A stretch of 64,000 nt of DNA, from positions 170,810 to 234,809 of the forward strand of contig NW_018403776.1 of NCBI RefSeq assembly GCF_002113885.1, read 5' to 3'. Below are positions 27,601 through 39,800 of the stretch, one piece after another; the first letter of the stretch is position 1, and every line of letters starts with the position of its first letter. This stretch comes from Mizuhopecten yessoensis (Eukaryota). The position numbers and the translations under genes were made by a program. A model generated the notes under the pieces. The model ran no database searches. It was not told where the DNA came from and saw only the letters and a program-made list of their open reading frames with translations.

Positions 27601-30600
27601 TACAAGCGCTGCTCTGGGATGCAGCAGTGCGGCTGGCTCCAAGCCGATACCATGTCTTTCACCTGTAATAACAGAAATCACACCAACTACGTCCGCGCCT
27701 CCTACAAATGTGTTGATGGTACAGCTCAATGTTATATTTCACATGTCCTCACTTGCTATATAGAATAAAACTTTTTTTGTTTTTGAAATAATAATGTATG
27801 TAATGCAAAATGAAAAACATGCAGGATTTTTATTTTTTTTAAATCTGACTTGTATATGTAAATACAAAAGTTTCCAAACAATCTAATATGTCACGTTTTA
27901 CTATGAAATTTAGGTGCATACTGTCGGCATAAGTAGTAAAACATGTACATTCGTTACGATTCGTACTCACAGACATAAAAAAGAATTCTTATGTTTGGTT
28001 TACTTCTAGCTCAGTCTATGAAAGGGAATACTATGTTTCTAAATATGGTCATAATGTTTAGAATACTATAAGATACAGTTAAGTTTAAAAGTCTATGTAA
28101 TGCAGTTTTTATTGACTAGTGCCATTTGTACTCTGTCAACTTCATCAGATGGTGTCTTCTTGTATCCTGACTCTACCTATGTAAATGTATATACAAAAGA
28201 AGTTAGGCTGGACTGAGCATTCATTTGGTCACGTTATCAGTGTGTAAGCTGTTTAGGTCACCAAAATAATACAAGGTTAGTGTAGTTTGTCTTGGTGGTG
28301 TTACATAAAATATGATATTAATTACCACTGTAGTTGTCAGTTTTCGGAATGTGAATTCAAGTGGCGTGAAACGATTTTATGAAAAAATCAACGCATGTTA
28401 TCTCATACTCTGTAGTTATATCTCACACTGAAGGTTGATGTTAATTCGGATTGATAAATCTACATTCGAACTAACACTCTGTTCAAACTTACCAGTAACT
28501 ACACACTAATTTTACCTTCTACAATATCATACATGTAACAAGTATGTTCTCTACCACTGAAATCACAAAATCAGAAATCATCTATATAAATTTGCTTGTA
28601 AATAACAGCCATGGTTTCTCTTTCTGATTTATGATTTTGTCAATGTTTTGATTTGTTTTAGATTCCTCCTTCCTGGACATGTGTTCCAACCAATCTCTGG
28701 AGGGAGACACCATCAACCTGATATTTAATGGCACCCACATGGAAACGTCGAACCGTCAGTCGAACCGCTGTGTATGTATCCTGTCCACTTCTGACTGTAG
28801 CTCCATCGCAAAGCTTCACTTTCGCACCGTGGATGTGCGTCTTCATGAAGCCAGCAACATTTCAAAGTGTCACCCACATGCCAAGTTCACCATCACAGAC
28901 ACCAACGGGCCACGGGACTATAAATGTCAGACTAACCACTTTTATCGGCAGTTCATGGACATATACTACAGTTCCTCCTCCTACGCTCGCATGTCTATGT
29001 ACTACGAGCCAGGCGTGTACCCTGCCCAGGTCTGGCTGCAGGTCAAAGGTAAGAAGGGGATGGTGTTTTTGCACCCCACCAATCAGTTAGGTTGTCACTG
29101 TCAGTGTATCACTTTTTTCATGGCATGTGATATCTTTCCAGGTTTTGTATGCAAGTACATTTTGGGGTAGCAGAATGTTCTGGATGTCATGAATTGACAT
29201 TGGGTCTCATGATCATGACCCTCTTATTATTTGGTCACTGTCCATGGCATAGCGTAATCTTCTATGTGTTGTTACCTACAATTGCTAAATTTGTCACCCT
29301 TTGTTCTTTTTCAATAACGAGGTTTGTTCAAAGGTAAGAAACTATAGATTGCTTGCAATACATTACTGTGTTCATTTTGAGATTTTGTGTTGAGGTTTTT
29401 AATATTATTATTCCAGTGTAAGAGACATTATTATATTTAGATATATCCTTAAATGAATGAACAGCTCCAGGTTAATGTGACAATTTAACCTGTCATTTTA
29501 CAGCGACCTTATCTGGCCAAAAAGTGGTGATTTCGTGCGGAAAACAGAGTGCTGAAAATCCACGGTTCTGTGGTCCCGTTGAGATGATACCAACCACTCC
29601 CAAAACACATAATCCATCAGCAACAGTAACTGCAGGTAGGTTTGTAGTAAAGAGGAATTATGTGTATTGATTTAAATACTTGATCTCAAAATGTTATCAC
29701 TATATTGCCCCAAATCATAGATCTGCTAACCAAGGAAATACACTTTAATGGACTCAAACCTTATGTTAAGTTTTCAAGAAAACATGTTTTTGTCCAAAAC
29801 CATATACATTCATGTATATTGTAACCAAGGAAATACATATACATTAACTCAAAACCTAGTTTTAGTAGTCAGGGAAACTTGTATATTCCCTTAACCCTAT
29901 AGCTTGCTAAGACCCAGTTTCTCCAACCTCTGTGTATAAAAACACTCAATGACCTTAACTATGATGATAATAATAATCAAATGATAGGGTATGTTTTGCT
30001 GTTGGCAAGTGACACAACCTCAAAAACGTAAGAATTGTGGTACAAGCTTGCCTTGAACGTCTTGAATGGATCTCTAAATTTGAAGTATCTCTACGCTATA
30101 CCGTACATTTTTCTGCCTTTCCAAATATGGCCTTGGTTTGTGTATACATTTTCTAGAAATTTGGCATTTGCATTGTTCTATGTCCTGTTTACTGAAATTC
30201 CGCTTTCAGAGGTGGGAGAAAAAGCATCAATCGTTATGTGGGAATGTGGGATAGGAATGCCGAGTTTGGTGTCATAACTCAGCACCTACAAATGATAGAC
30301 TGTATTAGTATTAAGTCATGTTTTTTAGATAACATTTGTGTATACGTTTCAGATGACATTTTTGAAGGGAATGGAGAACATACCCACGGTCCCATGCCAA
30401 CCTTCAATGCTGACGGGGGTGGAGCTCAGTCTAAAGATCGCACAGGTAGGATGTTAACAATGTTACAATTAAAAGTGCAACTCCTGGAGTTCAGTTTGGA
30501 AGTTTTTATGCCCCCGCCATAAAATTGGGGGGCATATAGTGTTATCCATGTCCATCCCGTCCCGTCCCGTCCCGGCCCGGCCCGGCCCGGCCCGATTCAA

Positions 30601-33600
30601 TGTAAACACTTAGCAACTTCATTCTTTGACAGATTTTGGTCAAACTTTATAAAAAAAGTGAAGTATGAGTATACTTCGGACATCGCTGTATTTCAGGGAT
30701 CCAAGGTCAAGGCCAAGGTAACACTTGCTATATATAGAAAATCATCAGCTGATTCAATTTAAACACTTAGCAACTTCATTCTTTCATGGATTTTGGTCAA
30801 ACTTTATGCAAAGGTCAAGTATGAGTATACTTCGGACATTGTTGTGTTTCAGGGTTCCAAGGTCAAGGCCAAGGTCACTGTTGCTATATATAGAAAATCA
30901 TCTACTGATTCAATTTAAACGCTTAGCAACTTCATCCAATAGGTTATGGAGATGGTAATTACATACAGAAAAAAACATATGAATATTAAAATCAACTTTA
31001 AGAGTAGTACCTTGTGTGTGTGCATGTTTCAGGGTATCAAGATCAAAGTGGTTGTAACTTTTTATAGAACACTGAAACTAGTTTTATTTGCAATCTTTTA
31101 TCATATATAACTGCCATGTTTAACTCCTCTGAGGTCATTTGATAGTTGTAGTTTCCCACTTACTATTTTGAACAGGGAACCAGAGTGTAAGAAATGTTGT
31201 AAAGTTAATTCATGGCAATGTCTTTGAATCTTGTCATTGATATTTAATTGTGTCCTATACATAAGTATATCTGTTTGTTCATTTGTTTACCCTTTTTCAT
31301 CACTCTAGCAGCTTCATTTTGAAAGATTTGATAAAACTTCATGTAATGGTCAAGTGTGAGAATACCTGGAACGAGTTTTTGTATATGTTTCATGTTGTCA
31401 AATTCAAGGTGACTGTTACTTTTCATAGAAAAATCTTGTCACCACAATAACAACTGTATTTCTGAACATATTTTGATCAGACTTCATATTCAAATATGAG
31501 AATGCTTTAAACAAGTTTGTGTTCAGGGTACTAAGTCAAGGTCACTGTCACAGGTACTACCCACTTATTGAAAAACTTTGTTATCGGCTGGCAACTTTTT
31601 AATTGGAAATAAAGTTGTCAAAGGACATATGTCATGTAAACAGAGAAAGTGATTGTATTCTCACATACTTCACAGGGTGAACCCGTTGTTGCTAGTAAAG
31701 AGATAGCTCTATATCTCACACGGAGTAGGGAAAGACAGCTGACACGCGTCATAATAATGAACTGTCGATGTGACATCATCGTATTGTTTCCGTGATGTCA
31801 TACACTTGTTGTGAATGGAGAATCCTCCGCTCAACCTTAGGGTTTTGGGAATTTGGCGGAAGAATCAGATTGATGTTTATTCTGACTGGAATTTGTTTAT
31901 TTGTAAGTATGTGAGAAAATAGTCAAACATGGATCTGTTCCATGGACAGGGATATCTCAACCCTCGTGTAAGAGTTGGGCTTACACTCGGGTTGAGATAT
32001 CTCTGTCCATGGAACAGACCCATGTAAGATTCTATTAGTCCACATCTGGTGATTACATTCGTTCTGCAATGACAGGTGATAATATTTACTTGAACTCTTT
32101 GTTCCAGAATGGCCGGCTATCATAGGAGGGGCAGCAGCAGGTGCCATTGTTCTTCTTCTACTGATAATCCTCATCTGTATCTTCAGGCGGAGACAATCAA
32201 GGAAAAGGTAATTTACAGATCTGGCATTGCCTTACAAAGTAATCTTTACTTTTATGTTTGGAGTAATTAAGGAGTTTAACCAGTTTTCTATCATTAATCC
32301 ACATTGAAACATGTGGTTAATTTGAGAATATCTGCACAAAATCATCATTTGATAATACATGTATGTGCAATTATTTTTGTGTGTAATACTTGCCAGATTG
32401 CTGCAACAGTATTATAAAGCAGTGACAAGGTTGTACAATTCCTCTGCCTGATACCCAGGGCTAGAACACTTTATGTCTAGGCCTGTGACAGTGTTAAATC
32501 TATACTCTGAATATATCAGAATGTGGACATTTTCCGAATCTTCCTGAGAACTAGTGAGCTAATATGCAATTATACTCTTGTGATAATTAATGTCTAAGTT
32601 TGTTCTGATGGTTTTGTCATTAATACAAAGATTTTGGTCCATCTGTTTTGAGTAACATGTAATGATGAGTGTTAAAAATTAAATCTACAAAAGAAGTATT
32701 TATATTTATAAAATTCATATTATGCTGATCTGGTTACTCTTGCATCATTGAAGCTCCTTGAAAAATGACATTTGAAATGCATAAGTTGTTGACCTGTCAT
32801 TGTCCTTTTATAATTAAGGAGAAAAGCCAAGGAACATGATGAGGAAACACGGATGGTGTTGACTGGGGGAAACATACCACCACCTCTTCCCCTGGCAGAT
32901 AGGTATGATGTACATGAAGGAAATTATTATGAAACGGTGGGAGCTACTAACGGTAAGCCTGGTGGTGAAACTGGCAGTATCATAAGTCCAGGCAAAATCA
33001 TGGAAACTTTTACTCCAGGTAGAAAACAAAGTGGACAGTTTTTCCCTTCTGAAGTTAAACATCCACCTCCCCCGCCAACTCCTAAAACAAACAAAAAGAC
33101 ACCTGAAATAGAGGCAAATCCTTACCATATGCCATGGGATAACAGTAACTTTAAAACGAACCGAGCTGAACAACGGGATCTTGCTTATGCAACCAGTGAT
33201 GAAATACAGGTACTAATCCAGCGGATGGAGCAGGACCGGCGCTGTCTCAATGAGGGGGCCAAGGAGGAGGAACAGGTGGTACCCAACCCCAACTTCTACA
33301 TCCACATAGACGACTATAAGATCAAACGGAGCCCACAAAAACCCTCGGGGCATGGTGAGGGAGAGGAAAGCTCAGAGGACGAGGACGGCCCCAGGGTCAA
33401 TTCCAGGAATTATGAGGACATTCATGTGGAATCCGATGGGGATACAGCTCATTTAGCTTGTGAAAATCCCGGCAAGACTAAAGTGAATATGTTAAAAGAA
33501 TCATCTAATGAGAATTGTTGTGAAAGTGAGGACACAGGTTACAGGTCAGTAGGAAGCCCTGACCAGGTAATGGTGTCCGAGGATGATTACCTCATACCAG

Positions 33601-33740
33601 GCTCAATCAAGTCATCCCTGTCGGATGGCAGTAAGACTGGAACACTTCAGAAGACAGAGGAGGACGCAGAAACACTCACAAACCCCCGCCAATCTGAAGT
33701 GTTTGAGACAGAACCAGATGAGGGGAGCACAAAGTTCTGA
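21676..33740 (+). CDS. Uncharacterised single-pass type-I membrane receptor, 689 aa: signal peptide, SUEL/Gal-lectin-like Cys-rich domain, CUB-like domain, Thr/Pro stalk, TM helix, tyrosine-motif-rich tail
   Basis: Exons 21676-21757, 27365-27718, 28662-29048, 29504-29635, 30353-30445, 32108-32207, 32819-33740. All GT-AG and phase-compatible (1,1,1,1,1,2); total 2070 nt, open throughout. Signal peptide MHSVTGRQWTRTWALCCLLAGHLLTYVVSVKS; TM WPAIIGGAAAGAIVLLLLIILICIF followed by RRRQSRKRRK. Exon 1 and the domain names are less certain than the other exons. Confidence 0.85.
24949..25446. mobile_element. hAT-type MITE (~500 bp) with 8-bp TSD, in receptor intron 1
   Basis: Ends TTGTGATGGGC / GCCCATCACTA. 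Flanks ATTTTGGG and ATTTAGGG match at 7/8. Subterminal ATCGATT/CGATTA repeats. Confidence 0.8.
30502..31570 (+). mobile_element. HINE/Helentron-associated non-autonomous element (DINE-1/pearl-like) in receptor intron 5
   Basis: 5' TTTTTATGCCCCC...GGGGGCAT stem, then a (GTCCC/GGCCC)n microsatellite, then ~157-bp tandem core repeats (30605, 30762, ~30918) rich in AAGGTCAAGG. The right boundary is approximate. Confidence 0.8.
31927..32025. other. Long inverted repeat (46-bp stem, ~4 mismatches, 7-nt loop) ~80 bp upstream of the TM exon
   Basis: ACATGGATCTGTTCCATGGACAGGGATATCTCAACCCTCGTGTAAG agttggg CTTACACTCGGGTTGAGATATCTCTGTCCATGGAACAGACCCATGT. Confidence 0.9.
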
Positions 33741-34971
33741 TGGTGTGATGGCGATTGCTAGTATTTAGTCACAAATGTATATGTTTGTTCTGTGAATGTA
33801 AGTGGTGATGAAGCTCCTTTACTTTACTTGTACACTGCAATGAATTTAAAACATTCTTGCCAATTTGTGATCTGGGCATAAAAGTTTTTTTCCAAATATC
33901 ATAATGATGTTTTACTTTGATTTCCGTTGATTTTAAGGATATTTAGTTATACAAATTGTTTGTTCTCAAATATTTCTGCTAAGATCAGTTGAATCATGGT
34001 TATTTCATATTTTGTGTTAATTGTTGAAATTATTCAAAAGCTTTTAATGCACTCATTCAATTTTCCATTGCACATCATTCAAAAATGCCAAATTGCCAAG
34101 TGATATCATTATATTATACTGCCAAAGGAATTGAGTGATGTCTATTATATCATTTCAATTTATACAAATCAGAAACCCAAGTTAATTATAATGTTATTTA
34201 GAGATACTGATATACTGGTTGAAATCAAAACAATTTACATGCGTTAAGTAACAGGATAGTAGTCAAACTGTATTTGATTCCAGACAGTTTAGTGTTGTAT
34301 ATAGGAGGCCACACTGCTTGATACGAGTATGTGGCCAACATTGACAATGTTTTTAATCTATTGACCAACAGATTATACAGCTGAAGGAATGTATAATGTG
34401 GGTACATATGTTATGAAAACGATTCAGTGTATTTCAGTATAGCATAGTAGAAATATATTCAATAGAGGACAGTGAAATATTCTTTCCAGATAGAAATTAA
34501 ACTATCATAAAATTATTTTAATTGCAAGAAATTGTTAAGAAGGGGTGTTTTTAATCCGGATATTCCAGATTATTTTAGAAGACCAGTGTCTTGATTGCTA
34601 TGTCACATAAAATGCAGTGTTGTTAAATTAGTCATTAACAGATTCCTTTTAACTTTTGTGACAAACAAAAAAATGTACATCGTAATCGCATCACATGCAC
34701 ACGCACGTCATCATCTCAACTGACTACAGGAACCAAAACCTGTAGATTCATTCCATCTCACGCAGAGTAAGTGTCGCTTGTTAAATTTAATATATTCACA
34801 CATGTATATGGACTTGACTATGAAAAATGTCCCTGGCCATGATCCTGGATTTAGATGTGACCTATACATATTGTATATGATAAAACAGTCAATGTAAGTT
34901 ACCGTGGCAACTGTCTACTTGGAAGTGTTCTAAATAAACTGATGTCTCTAGTCATTACATCGGTAGTCATA

Positions 34972-35250
34972 GATGTTAACATGTTAACTGGCAACCTCAA
35001 TTGTTAACATTTCAAATCATTGGTTGACGTATGTGATGACACGTTAATTAACAACCTCAATGGTTAACATTTCATTGGTTGTCATAGGTATAAACACGTT
35101 AACTAACAACCACAGTTGTTAACGTTTCATTGGTTGTAATAGGTATAAACACGTTAACTAACAACCTCAATGGTTAACATTTCATTGGTTGTCATAGGTA
35201 TAAACACGTTAACTAACAACCACAGTTGTTAACGTTTCATTGGTTGACGT
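34972..35250. repeat. Minisatellite, 55-bp unit, ~5 copies, rich in GTTAAC palindromes
   Basis: ACGTT at 35041, 35096 and 35151 (period 55). Confidence 0.9.
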
Positions 35251-36758
35251 ATGCATGAACTGAAGATTTTGTCATGATATTTTGTTATATAAATACCTAC
35301 ATGTTCGGGTTCGTAATTAATTTGCTTGCATGTATTGAAAACAGTAACTACAGGAAATAATTCTTAAATTTTGTTGCATTTTTTAGTTGCATTCTTGTTC
35401 TCATCTGTTCATTTAATAGACCATATATATACATGCACTGTACCTTATTCTCAGCCGACTCTTGTAGTGTAGGTAGATTTGAAATATAATACTGTATTGA
35501 ATTACTGGTTCTGTATCAATATTTACCAGGTATATAGAATTGAATAATTTATCATATTCGAATCTACCTATATTTGACATAGTCCTTAAATCAGACAAAA
35601 AATGGTCAACATGTTAATTTTTACAGGTTCGTTCATGTATTCCTAAATCTTGACCTTTCAATCTGTATATCAGTCTGTGATTGATGTACAAATCGAAATG
35701 ATTTTTTCATACCACACAACTTACCGGTCAGTTTAGGGAAGCTGTTGTGTTAGTTTTCGCATAAGAAATATTGTATTTCTATTATACAGTGTAAGTTTAT
35801 AAGTTACAGATATAGTATTACTACCTAGTATAATAGAGTGTATAGCGTTCAGTCAGTTTATCTGTCACCTGGTAAACATCCCTGTTATACCACATTAATT
35901 TCTGTTTTTGTTGTTATTTATGATAAAAGAGTTTATCTACTGTTTTCTTTTCTCATTCCAAAGATTTTAAACCATTCCTATTAAATTAAGACTTTACTTT
36001 ATACTACATATTCCACTAAAATTAAATATTCCATATATGCATGGCTTGGCCCTGGGTATTTACACCATATTAAATGTGAAACCACACAGTGGAATTTTGA
36101 CACTGTGAATGAAGCTTTGTAGCATTATTATTTTGTTATTAATTCCAACAATCAGTTAAATAACATTGACATTAACAAAACTGGCTCCTTTGAATATAAA
36201 TTACATATACCAAGTAGATATGGTTTCTTCAGCTCTAGTTAGTGACCTGTATATCGGTAATGTAATGCAGCTCTTATTGTGCTGTACCTAGTATGTAAGT
36301 CTAAATCTCTGGGGGTTAAAAGCAAAGCAGGTTGTTATAAATCCTGTTGTGTTCAAGTTTGGTATGTATACATGTGTATTAAATCACAAAATGCAATCTT
36401 CAATATGTATGGTTTCTGTGATTTCTTTTCAAAAGTTATTTAATACATTTGTATGACACAAAAAAGTATTGATTTCAATTATTTTGATTGATTTGTTATA
36501 ATATTACATGTACTTGGTATTTTTCTTTTCATTTTTAAAGACTTTTAAGATAAAACATTGGTTGTGATATTTATTTCCTTTACAGTATTCCAACAAAACA
36601 ATTAATTATTCCGTACTAATTAACACAGAAACATTGTTAACATATAGTTATAATTACGTAGTGCTGTATTGTATCCAGTACTACAGTACTTCCAATACAG
36701 ATAGATGTGTTTGATGTAAAGTGATATCTGACTTTACTGACATTAGACGATTAAGGAC

Positions 36759-36846
36759 ACTCATTCTCCACTGAAGACACATTTGAACCCCTCCAATTCA
36801 AAGGTTAGAATAGTTCATTATGACATTTCAGGGGTTATTGAGTTAA
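36759..36846 (-). mobile_element. ~90-bp TTAA-flanked MITE, diverged inverted copy of the element at 62614-62704
   Basis: CTGAAGACACATTTGAAC...AAAGGTTAGAATAGTTCATTATGACATTTCAGGGG...GAGTTAA aligns to the reverse complement of 62614-62704. Confidence 0.75.
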
Positions 36847-39800
36847 AGTTAACCATAAATTACAAGCAATGTATATCTAATCAGACAAAATGGCAAAGTT
36901 CTGCATGATGTCAGTATAGACAGGTTTCAGTATATATAAGATGTTGTTTTAATTATTCCTTACTTGAGGATGAAAGTGTGCTATATGTAGGCATTTTCAG
37001 GTATACAACAGATATTTGTGATCTAGAACTGCCAATACTTTGTGTAAGTGTCAGAGAAGTGTTACTTCCTTAACAGTGTCTATCTGAGATAGCATTTATA
37101 AGATGAATCTTTTGCATTTGGTGGCTGACATACAAAATCATTGACCACCTTTGATAATTTGCATTGTAAATATATATAATAACTTATTGAAAAAAGTTCT
37201 TCTTATCATAACATTGAATTTATCTAGTACAAATGGATCATTGACACTTGTTTTGTTTAAATACAATTTGAGCTTTATCCGTTATTTTTGTAAACTTAAA
37301 TCATGATGTCACACAGTTGTTTTTATCATCAAAAGTGGATGTCAGAATCCTAGTCCAATAGGTCCTCCCATCAGAACATTTCAAAGTGTTGTTATACCTG
37401 GTACATATAAGGTGATTGTATGATGTAGTACGAGGTCTTCAAGTCTATCATAATCAACTCCAACATTCAGATGGAAGTAGACATCTGTATGTGTGGAGCT
37501 TTTTTCACAGTATTGCTACTTATTGTTGGTCAGGAAAGATTAATAAAATTTGTATTTATAGTCAGTATAAATAATCCAAATTTTTTAAATGACATTTGAA
37601 ATAGCCAATAGAAATACACTTATCATAAACCACATTATTTTCAAGAACCAAATTGTTTGCCCTCAGGTATTTAAAAAATAATTCACCGTACCATGGTTTT
37701 AAAACCATCTTAAGATATATATATATTAGAAATTTTAGCTATTTTTGCATTTATCCTCTTGTTCCAAGATGAAAAGTGTAAATGAAACAGGCAAAAATAT
37801 CTCTCATTTAAAGTACATTGCACAAAAGATATTATCGATGGAGAAGCTCTAACTGATCTTTGAAGCGTAGGAAGTTAACTTTGAGCCGGTAGAGTTTTGG
37901 ACCACTGTACATGAATAACCACTGTGTAGAATATGTAAAAACAACGGTTGTGTATTATTTTTTGTAATTGAGTCCTGATTGAATATCTTCATGCATTTAT
38001 CTGTAAGATCTGTTTCTATTGGAAATACCATTTTGCACTAATAATTAGATGATTATCAACACTAATCATGGCTAAATGTAACATTTGTGTGGACACAGTC
38101 ATCGGTCGTGTGTGAATCACCCTGCCAGACAATCTGGGTGCTCTGTGAACTCTACTACTTAGACTTTGATATGTACTAAATACAGTTGATGTCTCTACAA
38201 CTCGAATTAATCAAGGAATTTGCCTTAATTCAATTAATTTTTTGGGATTATGTTATTGGACTAGCCATGATGAGTTATCTTCCGGCAAAACTAAAAAGTA
38301 CCCGAGTTGACTTCTTATTATATCTAAATTTTCATTAAAAAAGGAAAATTCTAAATGTGAAACTTTCATATGTGCTGTACGTCATGTGAGGTTTGTGTCA
38401 GCATGAAGGCTACTGATCAATTCCTTAGAAAGTGTCTGTTTTTTATCACTAAGCTGTTCATACTCTATTTTAATGTATTACTGACCTGCTGCAGACACAG
38501 TGCTTACATTTTGTAATAAATACATTAATTAGATAACAGTCTTGCTGCATAAACCGAACTACGCTTGTTCCAAGCCTGAATTCAGTGAAGTAGCTAGACA
38601 CTAAATGTGCTGAATTACTGAGATGGTTTTGTACAGATAATGAGAGAACTGTCGCTAAAACACTGGCTGAACAGTAGGACAAATAAGTTAGTGGTGACAA
38701 CTGATTAATGAAGCTGGACTGTAAAAATGGTACCTGTAATAGTCTTGGTTACATTGTTATAGTCCCAAGTTTTCAAATTTTCACTACTTGGTATAATAGA
38801 AGTATATGTATATTTTATATTGTACAAAATATATATGTATAAGGATTAACCTCAAATTTTATATTTCCCGGGTATTTTCAAAATTTTGAATTTACATATT
38901 TTGATAAACTTCATATATAGTTGCTGTACCCAATTAAGCTTTAATCACTTTTGAATTGAGATTCTGATGCATTTTCAGCACATTTCTACCTGTGTAATCT
39001 TTCGGTTGTGATACTTTTTACGAATTACAATTATAATACATGTATTTAGCTTATTATATACCAGAAAATTACAATTATAATATTTAGCTTATTATTTACC
39101 AGAAAATTACAAACAAACCTAAACAAAATCATATCTGCTCAAAGTTGCACCAGATCACTAACCTTGGACATAGCACACATTTATCATTACCAATGCCAAC
39201 TCCTCCAGTATTTTTCTAACCCATTGCATTGCCTTGATGTATTTGCTCAGCTAATTTTTCTATGAATATTTTTTAAATATATAGGCTGCTAACTACATTC
39301 ATATTCAGTGTTAATGGCCCACGGGGCGGGGCCTGTCCGTCTCCACACATTGCCTGTTGTTTACTTCCCAGTCCAGAATGCTTGTACATGTACAGATTTG
39401 GATCATACATACCTGGTAGCATATTATGCAACTAATATTCAGCTTCATGTAAACTTGGGTTTTATCCAATATTGTACATTATTTTTGTATCATTGGCTTT
39501 TTGTATTATATATTGATGTATATATGTGACCTTACATTTTGTGTGTAGCTGGGACGTCCATTGTTCATTGAGCTGGATTGCTGAGGGGCCAAATATCACA
39601 GAACAATCACGTAGATGACTAGTGTTAACTGTGCGGGTGTGGGATGTCTGTGTAGTGTAGGTTAGTCTGTACTGTGTATAGTTTATAGTACAAACTGGAA
39701 TGTAAAGGGACATAATGATTATTCAGCTGTCAAAATCATGTTGTGAATTTTAAGTTGTGTGGTGTGTTTGACTGTTAAGTTTGTTGCGTAATGTTGTGAT

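Noticed and set aside
27353-29090. Alternative-frame ORFs 27353-27763 and 28728-29090
   Set aside because: They overlap true exons in a shifted frame and are not compatible with the splice phases.
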